A stretch of 64,000 bases of DNA from Vitrella brassicaformis CCMP3155 (lineage: Eukaryota > Protista > Chromerida), in assembly GCA_001179505.1 (NCBI GenBank), contig CDMY01000296.1:62001-126000 (forward strand), read 5' to 3'. A program made the translations under genes and the position numbers. This document shows positions 25,973 to 37,200 of the stretch, piece after piece; the first letter of the stretch is position 1; each line of letters begins with the position of its first letter. Below the pieces are notes generated by a model. That model was given only the letters and a program-made list of their open reading frames with translations, did not search any database and was not told the DNA's origin.

Positions 25973-28900
25973 ATGGCTGAGGAGGGCATGATGAGCTTCA
26001 GCATGGAGGGCGACTTTGAGGGCGGTGAGTTCGACGAGCAGGGGGAATTCTGGTTCCGCAGCAAGAAGCAGAAGAAGCGGCTGTCCAAGGAGCAGGCCAT
26101 CTACGGCGTCTTTTACGACGAGGCGGCGAGTTCTGACGAGGAGGACAAGAGCTACAAGCGCCGCAAGATGGCCGAGGTGGGCAGTGCGGTTCGGTTCGTG
26201 TCCAAGGGTTCCGTCGGCGGCACCATCCATGAGACCACCAAGCCGCAAACACGACCGTCGCCATCACCGCTCAACCCGGACCAGGACAGCGAGCCAGAAG
26301 AGGACACCGACGGGCAGCCGCCAGAGGGAGAGGAGGACCGTGGTGGTGGTGGTGGTGAGCAGCGGGAGGATGAAGACGATGACGAGATCGATCCACGGTT
26401 TCAGTTCAAGGACAAGTCCGCTGCGGAGGAGGGTGTGGATTCGGCTGCTGATGCGGCGGGTGGGTCGAAGCAGAAGCACACGTGGGGTCAGCAGAAGATG
26501 AGCAAGGAGTACGGCGTGGGGTTCAAGCTGCTGCAGAAGATGGGATACAAGGGAGGCGGACTGGGCAAGGGCGGATCAGGTAGACAAACACGGATGGATG
26601 GATGGATGGATGGATGGCTGCACACACAGATGTTTATGTCTGCTCTGTCTGTCTGTCTGTCTGTCCTGCCTGCAGGCCGCGTCAACCCCGTGGAGGTCCG
26701 GCTCCGCCAGAAGGGCCGCGCCCTGCAGGACACAGGCGAGAAGATCCACGAGAACGAGCACGACGGCCACAAGCCGCCCACCAAGTCGGCCGTCGAGATC
26801 CTCCTGGGCAGCGGCGACAAGGCGGGCGCCTCGTCCGACCGCACCAAGGTGTCCGACGGCTGGAAAGCCAGCCGTGGCAAGAAGGGCGGCCCCAAGAAGG
26901 TCTACCGCACTGTGGCCGAGATAGCCGAGGAGACCAGGGGCGCGCCGGGGGTACTGGGTGAGGCGGTTGGAGCGGGCAGGTCGTCCTCGATGAGGATATT
27001 GGACATGACGGGGCCCGAGGCCAGGGTGCTGGACGCATCGGCGGGGGTCGGTGGGGTGACGGTCGCCCCCGTCGCCGTCGCCAAGGAAGACGAGAAGCTG
27101 CCACTCAAGGCAAGAGTTCACGATCGACGGATGCGAGCGAACAGAGAGGCACAGCACATCCATGTGTGTCGGTGCGTCTTGCCATGCATGCAGGAGCTTC
27201 GATACAACCTTCGCGTGACGGTGCTAGCGCTCGAGAGGGAGGTCATGTCGGTGGCCCGCGACAGGAAGCAGCAGCAGGACGCCCTCCTCAACATGTCACA
27301 CGAGAAGGAACAGCTGGCAAAGGGCGCAGAGATGATCGAGGACGAAGCCATCCACATGGAGGCCATCCTCGACCGGCTCTCGGGCTGCAAGGTCCGCCTC
27401 GCCGACGGCACCATGTCGCTCGCCGAGCTGACCAGCGAGTTCCGGCAGATACAGAGGGACTACCCCCACGAGTACGTCGCCCACAGCATCCCAGCCGTCG
27501 GCCTTTCCTTCGTATTCCCGGCTTTGCGGGCCGTCTACCAGGACTGGCAGCCGCTCGCCGACCCGACACGCGGCGTGGCTGAGCTGCAGCAGTGGGCGGG
27601 GCTGTGTGGGGCCGAGGGGCTGGCGCGTGTGACGGACGAGCTGATAGTGCCGTGCATCCGCTCGTGCGTCACCAATGTGTGGCTGGTGCGTGAGGTGGAG
27701 GGTATGGTGAAGCTGGTGGAGAGCTGGCAGCCACTCCTCCCTGTCGGCGTCTTCCAATCGCTGCTCACCGAGGGCATCCTGCCCAGACTAGTGGCCGAGG
27801 TGAGGCAGGGGGGGAGGAAAGGCAGGCAGAAACATTGCCGTGTCGGTCGATGGATTTGTGTGTGGATTGGATTGGATCGGTTCTATATGATCGGTCAGGT
27901 TGAGGCGTGGAATCCACGGACGGACCCCGTGCCCATCCACACGTGGGTGCATCCGTGGCTGCCCATCATGGGCCCCCTCCTTGAGGGACTGTGGGCACCC
28001 ATCCGATTCAAAGTTGCCCTATGCCTGCAGCACTGGCACCCTGCTGACAGGTACGGTGGATGCGGGGCGGGGCGCATGTGAGTGTGCACACGTTGCGGGA
28101 GGGAGTCGATCGATCTGATCTACTTGATGTGCTGTGCTGTGCGTGAGTGTGTGCAGGTCAGCGGTTCACATGCTGAAGCCGTGGCGCGACGTGATGGATG
28201 CGGCCAACTGGGGGCAGCTGATGCTCAGGAGCGTCATGCCCAAACTCAGAGACCAACTCACCACCATGCAGGTCAGTCAGTCAGTCAGCTGAGTCAGCTG
28301 AGCTGACGGCCACAGATGAAGGGAGAGATGGATATCATGATCGACGTCTCCCTCTCCTCTCTGTGTGTGTATGTCAGGTTCGGCCCGACAGTCAGTCGCT
28401 AGCGCCGCTGCAGAACGTCTTTGCGTGGCTGGATGTGGCCCCGCTTGACGCCATCGTGGCCCTACTCGAGACGCACTTCATCCCGCAATGGCTGCAGGTA
28501 CAATAGGCGGCCGACACAATGCATTCAATGGAGCGAGAGGTCACGCTTGCTCCCGCCCCCTTGTCTGTCTGTCTGTCTGTCTGTGTCTTTTTTCTCTCTT
28601 GTCGCTGCAGGCGCTTCAGGTGTGGATCAGCACGCCCGGCGCGGACCCCGAGGAGATGATGAAGTGGTACCAGGGGTGGAAGACCGTCTTCCCCGAGGCA
28701 CTCCTCACACAGCCACGCATCCAGCAGGGCTTCATGCAAGCCGTCCACATGATGAAGGCATTCGCCACACAATCCACCACACCACCAGCGGCCCCTCCCC
28801 CTCCCCCTCCCCCGCCCCCGTCCGAGCCGCCCCCTCCCACCCCCGAGGACCGCCTGGCTGCAGCGTCGTTCCGCGAGTATTTGGAGCAGGTTGCCAGCGA

Positions 28901-29114
28901 GAATGACCTGTTGATGCGGCCCAAGGTTGGGCGGATTGTGAATGGGAAGCAGGTGCATGCGTTCGGCCGGGTGAGCCTGTACTTGGACCAGAATGTGACC
29001 TTTGTGCTGCAAGGGGGGGAGTGGAAGGCCGTTAGTGTTGAGGCCCTGCTCGACATGGCCAAGAAGGGCAAGATAAGTAGGGCTGGCGGCGGGGCATGGT
29101 GTGGTGTCGTGTAG
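25973..29114 (+). CDS. TFIP11: Tuftelin-interacting protein 11 / Ntr1-Spp382 spliceosome disassembly factor (G-patch plus GCFC-like region)
   Basis: N-terminus EGDFEGGEFDEQGEFWF..KEQAIYGVF. G-patch YGVGFKLLQKMGYKGGGLGKGGSGRVNPV. C-terminal blocks WNPRTDPVPIHTWVHPWLP, WLQALQVWI, WYQGWKTVFP, SFREYLEQVASENDLLMRP and GKQVHAFGRVSLYLDQNV. Confidence 0.95.
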
Positions 29115-29371
29115 ACTCGTGTGCATGACGACGGCTAGTTGTGAGGAGATGCGTGTGAGGCTACTGCCTTGCCATAGGTAGTTGCCGGACCCGCCTCCCT
29201 TCCTGTCTTGTGATGCCCACATCATTGGACACACAAAATGAATCGATCAATCGCATACATATGTCGTGTGATTCGGTGCGCACACACGCACACACACATG
29301 AAGCTGTACTGACTGTACACGGGCAACGCCACACGCACGCCATTGTCGTCATGCCATCCATCGATGGCTGT

Positions 29372-31024
29372 TTACTTGACCAATTGGCCGACCAGCATGC
29401 CGCCCGACCCCACCAGTATCCCCGCCACAGACACAACCCACAACCACCAATCCCCCGCAGCACCATCAAACGTCCTGCCCTGCCTCTTCCCCTCCACCTC
29501 CCCCTCCCCCTCCCCTCCCCCCCTCTCTCTCTGCGTCGATCTGTCTTGCCACCCAAGCTGCTGCTGCTGCTGGTGGTAGTAGCACTTTCCCGGCAGCCGG
29601 CCAGTGGACTGCTGGTCGTATGCATAGTAGGCCGCGTAGAAGGAGCAGCTCTCTGTGGCCCACTCGGCGATGGGAAGCTTCGCAGCTGTGTGGTGTTGTA
29701 TGGGGAATGGTGTTGATTCGAATGTGAAAGTGCCGGTGGATGCGAGGAAGTCGGTGACTCGTGTGGCGTTGAGGGGCTGCGGGAAGAGGTCAGTGCGGAC
29801 CTCGGGAGTGGACTGCAGGTCAGCTGCACGAACGACACACAGACAGAGCACAAAGAGGGTGTGCGAGGGTGTGGGAAGGTGGTGGTCATGGCTGGCTACG
29901 GTGGGTGCATGCGGACGTAGGTACCAGGGTCGAGAGCGTCGAAGAAGTGCTGCATGGTGTTGGTGGACCACGGCTGCAAGCCCTCCAGGTAGCGAAGGCT
30001 GTAATACGTAAACCTGCGCACACACACGCACACACGTATGCAGCTGAGCTGCGTTGCAACCATCTTCCCTCCCTCCCTCCCTCCCTCTCATGTGTGTCTT
30101 GTCTTGTCTTGCCCCCTCACCGCACCGCAGCGACGCAACCCACATGCTGACCTGTCAATGACGGCGATGCCCACATCCCTGTCGATGTGGTGCGAGTAGG
30201 AGTTCTCCCCCAGCTTCGAGCAGCCGGCCGCCAGGATGCCGGGCGAGTAGAAGCGGGTCTGCAGTGTGGCCGCCTGGCACGTGTCGGTGACGAACAGCAC
30301 TTTGCCATACCGCTGCTGCCGGTACATCTGCTCGAACGCATCAGCGAAGTCCTGGCTGGTGATCTCTTCCCAGTCCTGAAACTTGAGGAACTCTTCGCCC
30401 CCGTGGCCCGTCATAAAGATGAAGACGTTGCTGTCGGCATCGGTGAGCAGCCGCCGACTCTGCGCCACGAAGGGCGCCTGCCGGCCGGTGAGGAGGCGGA
30501 TGAAGCTCGTCACCGTCACCTCGTCGCCGCGAAAGTCGACCTCCACGCCGTGAGAGTTCTCGCCGCCGTATAAGTTGAGCCTGTGGTCGGCGTCATTGAA
30601 GATGCTGCCGGGCGAGGGGGACCGGGGGTTGCAGGCTATGTCCTCGGCAAGCATCAATATGATCTGATCATATCACAGACAGACAGACACGAGGGAGGGA
30701 GGGACACAGGAGGGAGAGAATATTATATGGGATCGCATATGCTCATGCATACATATGTACTGCGTGAGTGTGTGTCGCTGACTGACTGACTGGCGTGCAT
30801 GCCTGGTGGTCTGGAATGCCGAGCCTCTTGACGGTGTGATAGAAGGAGAGCGTGTTGGCCACATGCCGGTAGTTGTACCAGTACCGGGACGTGTCCACTA
30901 TCACGGCCCAGTTGTTCCTCTGCTGGCCTGTTGACAAAGACGATAAAGCAGCGACGGCCGCCCGGGGTGCGCCGATAAAGCATGCAACGGCAAGGATCCA
31001 CCAGACAAAGACAGACAGGGTCAT
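29372..31024 (-). CDS. GPI8: GPI-anchor transamidase catalytic subunit (peptidase C13)
   Basis: Signal peptide, then NNWAVIVDTSRYWYNYRHVANTL, LMLAEDIACNPR, VEVDFRGDEVTV, FMTGHGGEEFLKFQD (catalytic His), DTCQA (catalytic Cys), [22 protein letters not shown] and a C-terminal TM helix WWLWVVSVAGILVGSGGMLV. Confidence 0.96.
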
Positions 31025-31163
31025 GACGGGGTGGTTGGTGGAGAGGACGAAAGGCTCTCAAGATCCATGATCACCACATGAATGGCAACCAGCGTTGGAC
31101 AGGCGAGATGCAATTGCAAGTCGAAACACGCAGTTTCAGCCTTCCGGGGGACTCGCGGGGCTG

Positions 31164-31210
31164 ATTAGGGTCACGGGTCACGGGGTTAAGGAGTTAGGGT
31201 CACGGGTTTG
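31164..31210. promoter_or_regulatory. Degenerate telomere-like (TTAGGG/TCACGGG) cluster upstream of GPI8
   Basis: attaggg tcacggg tcacggg gttaagga gttaggg tcacggg ttt, about 140-190 bp upstream of the GPI8 ATG. The regulatory role is inferred. Confidence 0.4.
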
Positions 31211-31437
31211 GTTGAATAACACAGACGAGCGCGGGGGTGTGAATATTGACATTGTGAGAGAGGGGCGTCTGGGGGCCTGGGATCCCCGCCAAGCCGGCCA
31301 GTCGCACCCTCCGCCCTCTTCCGAATACTCACATCAAACGGCCACATGTACACACAAGTCGGTCACTCTACCTACAGCGGGTCAGTCAACACATGGGCTC
31401 GCCCTCGTCCCCCCCGTCCTCCTCACCCATCTCTGCC

Positions 31438-32188
31438 TTATCCTCGGCACCCAGACGATCCCCACTGCCGCAGGCCAGGTGCAGACCCCGGGTGCGCTGG
31501 ACAGCTAGCATGCCGCGTCCCGAGTTGAAGCCCTTCCCCCCCCCCTGTCCTCTGCCGAACCAACCGATCCACTGGCCGGCTGGGCTTCACGTAGGGGGCG
31601 GCGGCAAGCAGCTCCGCAGTCAGCTTCAGCCGAGGTCTGTTGTGCGAGAGCTCGTCTGCCTGCTCGTTGCGCACGTCGACGCCCTGCTTCACCAGCGAGT
31701 CCACTGCAGCGGGGGTCGCGGGCGCGTAGAGATTGAGGCTGCGCTGTTCGGCTGGGCGGGAGTAGCAGGTTCTGATAATCAGCTCATCGGTGTCCACGGC
31801 GGCGATGCTCAGGTTCCGACAAACCTCGCCCTCCCTCCGTCCCTCTTGTGTCCCCTCCACCACACAGGTGTGGGCAACCACTTCGTCGAGCCGCTGCTGT
31901 GCGTGGGTGTGCATCGCCACCAGGCCGAGTTGACCAGCAGCTGCAGGGTCGTGGGGAGGTGGGGAGCGGCGTGGTGGGGGTGGCGGCCGGTGTTCGTCAG
32001 GGAGCCAGTGGTCGTCAGGGTTGGCCATCTCCTGAGGGGATGAGGCGGGTGGGTCCAGCTCGTTGCAGATGTCATCGACCTCAGCGTCGATGACGCCGTA
32101 GCACCGGAGGACGGCAGGGAGGTGACGCAGGCCACTGCCACCAGCAAACGCCTCGCCGCAGTCACTACCTACACACACACACACACGA

Positions 32189-32222
<34 letters not shown>

Positions 32223-32797
32223 TCGACACGCAGACGCGCACACCGACAGACGTACCGATATAGCCCAAGTCGTGGACCGAACGGCCGGGTACCCTGACGT
32301 CGCCAAGCACGTAGTGGTACGCACACCCGTCACCCAACACTGACACATACCGATCCATCCACTGTGTCTGTCGTTTGTGCCCTCAGGTTGTGCATCATCT
32401 CGACAAGGACGGCCAGGCCGACATCGTCTTCCCGAGTGTAGTGTGGAGGGAAATATGGGACCGGTGGGGGCTCCTGCCATGTAAGCATGCTAGACGGGGT
32501 GCTCGTTCAACGTGGCGACCACATCTGCAGACAACGGAGGGCGAGAATGCGCTTATCTTCCCACACCTCAAGCCGTTTGCATTGAAACTTACCGGCTGTC
32601 CAGCGGGTTTCGGCGAGCTGGGACAGAAAGGCGATGCATGCGCCCAACCGGCTTTCGGGGGAAGTGTCTGCATCGCTGAAACGCTCTGCTGCAGTCGCAG
32701 ATGACGACCGACCAGCCGGATCTTCGCAAGGCTCTTCGGTCTCCAGGGTTGGCGAGAAAGAGGGAGAGGGGACGAACGACCGTGGCGCTTCCCCCAT
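31438..32797 (-). CDS. Hypothetical multi-exon protein
   Basis: Long open minus frame 31438-32358 containing an in-frame microsatellite intron. Candidate first exon MGEAPRSFVPSPSFSPTLETEEPC (ATG 32797). Exon joins are uncertain and no family was recognised. Confidence 0.35.
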
Positions 32798-32863
32798 GTT
32801 GGTGCCCTTCCTCTCACTCAGCGCCTCCCGCCACAACACGACCAAAGCTACCAGACAAAGCGC

Positions 32864-32916
32864 AGGGTTCGGTTTGCAGGGTTGCGCGGTAAGGGTTACA
32901 GGGTTAGGGTAGGGTT
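32864..32916. promoter_or_regulatory. AGGGT(T) x6 telomere-like cluster in a divergent intergenic region
   Basis: AGGGTT at 32864, 32878, 32892, 32900 and 32911, plus AGGGT at 32906. Lies between putative ATGs at 32797 (-) and 33029 (+). Confidence 0.45.
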
Positions 32917-33028
32917 GCGAGCTCGAGAGGGAAGGGAGAAGGGAGGGATTCGAGGCGCTTTACGAAAGTCTGACGACCACGATAACATGCTCTGACGGCT
33001 GATATACTGTAAAACCGACCAAAACCCA

Positions 33029-33922
33029 ATGAGCGACTATCAGCCTGTGTTTCCTGTCAGTGCGGCGCATCATGATTCTCTGCAGTATCACTTCTACTTC
33101 CCCAGCACCTTCATCGCCCTGCGGCTCTTCTACACACAGTCACTGCGGCACTACTCCATGTGGTGCGCAGATCTGGCCACCGGCAGCCTCCAGGAACTTA
33201 TCAACGAGCAGGACGGCGCGCAGACGAAGGCCGTCCCGTTGCGGGTGACTGGCCGGGAGGGCCTTTCACTCAAAGCCGCCGATGAGGAAGGCAGATCCCA
33301 TCAGCAGCTGACCATCGACGACAACAAGGAGCTGCATGAGATCTCTGCGACACTCACTGACGGCCGGAGCATCAAGATCAGCTTCGGCAGCGGGCCTATC
33401 CATAGCTGGATGACCGGGGACCCTGAGGAGGTCGTCATTCATCGCCCGGTGATGCCCTGCCAGCTCACCACAAACGACGGCAAGACCGAGAGCGGCTTCG
33501 GCTACTCGAAGCGCTACTCCTGGGCCTCTCCCCCAAACCACTGGTGCTATCGCTTCGTGCACGCCCTGGTGCCGGCAGACCAACAGGCATGGCGAGAGGT
33601 CTACTGGACAGCAGACGCGCAATTCGGCGATGGCAAATACGACTACTTCAAGCGCCTGACCAACGCGGAGGGGGCGCAGCTCGAGGCGGCGGCGGACTCA
33701 TATCATCAGCACTCGCGAGTGGTGGGCCTGCAGATGTCGGGCACGGAGAGGGTGGAGGTGAAGCTGACGCGCGAGGTCTGCAAGTGGCAGGCGGACATGA
33801 GGAGCGGCTCGATGAACAGCAGGATGGTGCAGCGTCTGTGTGAGTGTGAGGTCTGGGTGGACGGCCACCTCGCCCACAAGGGACTGGCGCTCAATGAGTA
33901 CTGCCTGGGCACGCTGGGCTGA
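33029..33922 (+). CDS. Intronless 297-aa hypothetical protein, predicted beta-rich
   Basis: Single uninterrupted ATG-to-TGA ORF with no microsatellites and a globular, aromatic-rich sequence (GFGYSKRY, HWCYRFVH, YWTADAQFGDGKYDYF, LNEYCLG). Confidence 0.85.
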   Translation: MSDYQPVFPVSAAHHDSLQYHFYFPSTFIALRLFYTQSLRHYSMWCADLATGSLQELINEQDGAQTKAVPLRVTGREGLSLKAADEEGRSHQQLTIDDNKELHEISATLTDGRSIKISFGSGPIHSWMTGDPEEVVIHRPVMPCQLTTNDGKTESGFGYSKRYSWASPPNHWCYRFVHALVPADQQAWREVYWTADAQFGDGKYDYFKRLTNAEGAQLEAAADSYHQHSRVVGLQMSGTERVEVKLTREVCKWQADMRSGSMNSRMVQRLCECEVWVDGHLAHKGLALNEYCLGTLG

Positions 33923-34703
33923 TGCATAGATAGTGTCAGTCAATGGGCTTGTGGTGCAGTGCACCGTGTGATGTGATGTGTTGTATCGTCGGTCGGTGGT
34001 GCGATCACTTTTCATGGTCCTCAGGGAGACTGACTTTCAAAGAGGACGGCAGGCAAATCAGACATGTGTTGGATGGATCAAGCACGAGCCGTCGTCATGT
34101 CAGTCATCAATGTCTGTCATCATGTTATAAAGGCAGGCAGGCAGTGCCCATGCAATGCAATCAATACTCATTCATTCGGAAGACGACAAGCTTGGCGAAC
34201 ACACCATGCAGACACCGACCACATGGACACCACACCACACACCGACCACACCACACCACATCGACACTACGTCTCATCGATTCATTCCGTCACAGCTGTC
34301 TGTCACATGAATGTGGTGGCCACCATTAGCCACACAAGCATAGCAGTAAGTAAGGCAGGCAGGCGTGTATCAATCGATCGTACGTATCAACACGGAAGAA
34401 AGTCATGTACACACGCAGTCAGCTCATACCATCCTACCACACCACACATTAATGGCCGTAGATAGATAGATGCGCACACACACACACGCGCACACACACA
34501 CGCACTCGCTCCACGACGAGACTCCGTCTGACTGATTGCTTGGCTTGGCTTGCCTGCCGCCCATCTGGCGAATTGCTCTTTTCACACATCCAATCCAATC
34601 ACCCCACCCCATGCAGCACTTCTTAACGCCATTATTGCGGCATGCACAGCTGGATGGATGGATGGACATCACGGCTGGCCTCCTTGAGCTATCTTTCTAT
34701 CCA

Positions 34704-35365
34704 TCAGGCTGAAAAAACGTCGGTCTGTGCAGAATTCGAACGTGCGACGACATCACGCGAGGGCTCCTTCTCTGTCACCGGCAAAGAACTCATCGACACG
34801 TCAGAGGGCAGCGGCGCCCGGGCAAACGTCTCGCCAGTGCGACTCTTCCTCTGAAGAACACACACAGACAACACAACCAGCATGGAGGGATGCGGTCGCC
34901 GCCATGCTGTGCTGTGTCCGCCGTACCCAGGAGCAGATGAGCCATCGAATGACCCAGAAGGCGACGAAGGAGCCGACGGTGAGGAAGACGAGAGCTGTTC
35001 TGATCGTGCAACCATCTATTGTCTCGCCCGTCGCTCCGTCAGCGTCGCCATCAGACTGTGTGTCCGATTCGTCATCCTGGGCACCAAGCGCCCTGAGCAG
35101 ACCTCTCTGGGCAGTCCTAGACAAGCTGTCGTCACCGGGCTGCAACCAAAGCACGAGATCAGTGCACTGTACCTCCGCATCTGTGTGTGAGTGTGTGAGT
35201 GTGTGACCGTGTGCCTACCAGCACTGGGAAGAGGTGACAGAGCAAGAGGAAGGTGATCATCAGGACGGCCATGCCCGCCAAGAAGAAATCAGCAACGTCG
35301 GACATCTGCCGGTGCCAAGACGAAGACGCAGACGCCACCATTCTGACTGTGAAGTGCACAAACAA
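34704..35365 (-). CDS. Possible small membrane protein
   Basis: Hydrophobic segments AGMAVLMITFLLLCHLFPVL and TALVFLTVGSFVAFWVIRWLIC in successive minus-strand frames, separated by TG-rich intron-like tracts. I could not fully reconcile the frames. Confidence 0.3.
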
Positions 35366-35537
35366 GGGCGAGGCTGCCTCTGGAGAAGAGAGGGGAGAGA
35401 GGGGAGAGAGGGAGGTCTTGTCTCCCCTTGCGATCCGCAGCCAGAGAGCACTGTTTGTGCTCCAGCTCTGCAGCTGGTATCAGGTCGACGAGAGACGATG
35501 GCAGACGCCTCAAGAGAGGCCAGATCTTTTGCATTGG

Positions 35538-35561
35538 CCCTAACTCCTAACCCTAAACCCT
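35538..35561. promoter_or_regulatory. CCCTAA/CCCTAAA telomere-like cluster between probable divergent genes
   Basis: ccctaactcctaaccctaaaccct. Confidence 0.45.
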
Positions 35562-35917
35562 GTTGGGTGCGCACAGCTGAGGTGGGGCTGGGTTTGTTGT
35601 GCAGCAGGCCTTTGCTTCGAATCCATCCACTATGATGCTCTTGGCAGCTCCCCTGGTTGTGTGCTTCATGGCTGCAGATCTTGCGGGTGAGGAAGTTCTG
35701 AGAAAGGAGAGTGGGTCAGTCACGTGCCGGAAGATCTTCCTTCCTCTCGTCTGTTTGATCGATTGTCCATCCATCAGGCGGCTTCCTTGCATCTCCGCAG
35801 AGGCACCCGCCCTTTCGCCGAACGGTGAGCGAGGGCTGCACCCACTCACTGTCAGTCAGCAAGATCCATCAACATCTGCGCTGTTTCTGTGCGCTGGCCT
35901 GGCAGGGGTTCTCGCGC

Positions 35918-36538
35918 ATGAGGGCCTCCCTGGAGGCCCGTCAGCAGAGGGAGGGGGAGATGGTGCAGAAGCTGACTCAGTCGCTGGGCGGTGACGTGGA
36001 CCAGGAAACCGTCCGTGCGGCGCTGCAGGAGTCGGCCTACTACCTACCGCGGGCCTACCAGGTGCTGCAGAAGAAGATATTCAAGGAGCAGCTGCTGAGC
36101 GAGATGAAGGCCGGCTTCGGCACATGGAATGCCACGGACCTGCCGAGCCGGCGGCCGGAGCGGCTGGGCTACAAGGTCGACAACACCTTCATTCGCGAGG
36201 TGGAGAAGCCACGGACACAGCCACTCAAGGACTCGCACTTCAAAGGTACAGAGGTCACCTGACCTGACTGACCAGCCAAGGGAAGGAAGGAGGGCTGCCA
36301 CACGTGTGGGCAGATCAGATGGTCGTGTGCTTTTGCGCCTGTGTGTGCGCCTGTCGTAGGCGGTTCCAACCCGCTGACGGAGGGTGAGTGGTGGCTGGCT
36401 TTGCGGCCCAGCACTGAGGAGTTCGAGGCGGCGATAGCCGGGTTCGACACACAAAAGGCGGAAGACTGGTTGGCGCGCTACTCGGACGTCTACAACGACA
36501 AGGGCAGGCAGCAGTCCAAGAAGGTACTGGGAGCGTGA
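35918..36538 (+). CDS. Hypothetical protein with N-terminal CUE/UBA-like helical bundle
   Basis: MVQKLTQSLGGDVDQETVRAALQESAYYLPRAYQVL resembles the CUE/UBA pattern. One GT-AG intron leads to GGSNPLTEGEWWL..SKKVLGA-stop at 36538. The 5' end may extend upstream to ~35632. Confidence 0.5.
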
Positions 36539-37200
36539 CGTGACCACTCACTCATTGAGGGAGGGAGGGACTGGCCAGCCGAGTGTACTGAGTCACTGGG
36601 GAGCTCGCATGGCTCCCACTGGCTGGGCTGCCTGTCATGATCGTGGCTGCTTCGTCTGTGTGAAGATTTTTCACTCCATTTGTGTGGGGGTCGTGGAGAG
36701 AAGGGACCGGACCATGGAAATGACTTTTTCCAGTCGTCAAGTGAATCGTCACTTTGAAGGGACACCCAAAGCAGACAGACAACCGAATCCATCGGGTCTG
36801 TCTGGCTCATATCCCTCAGGCCGCGGCGAAGGTAGATACTCATCCATCCGTTCAGTCCACTAATTAGCGTGTGTCTTATTTATCGTGTCCTCTCTCCACA
36901 AATACTCACATCGATCGTCAGTCACGAAACCCTTCGGTGGTCCATACACACACACACACACACACGGGCATCACACGAATGAGCTGGCATGCAGCTCACT
37001 CGCAAGCAAAATTCAGCCACGCAGTGTGTGTGAGTATAGAGGACGCACCGACTCCCTTCCTCCCTCCCTCCCCCCCGCCTCACCTCAGAGGGCTCTGCTC
37101 GCCCTCCGGTCGACCTGGTTCACTCATACCTGCTGCTCCTGCCTGCCCTTCGCTCGCTACCCACTACACAATGCCTGGACGCACACACGATCTGTCTGCG

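Noticed and set aside
32864-32916. Telomere-like repeats as a chromosome end or fusion scar
   Set aside because: The clusters are short, degenerate and embedded between genes, with no long perfect array or subtelomeric structure.
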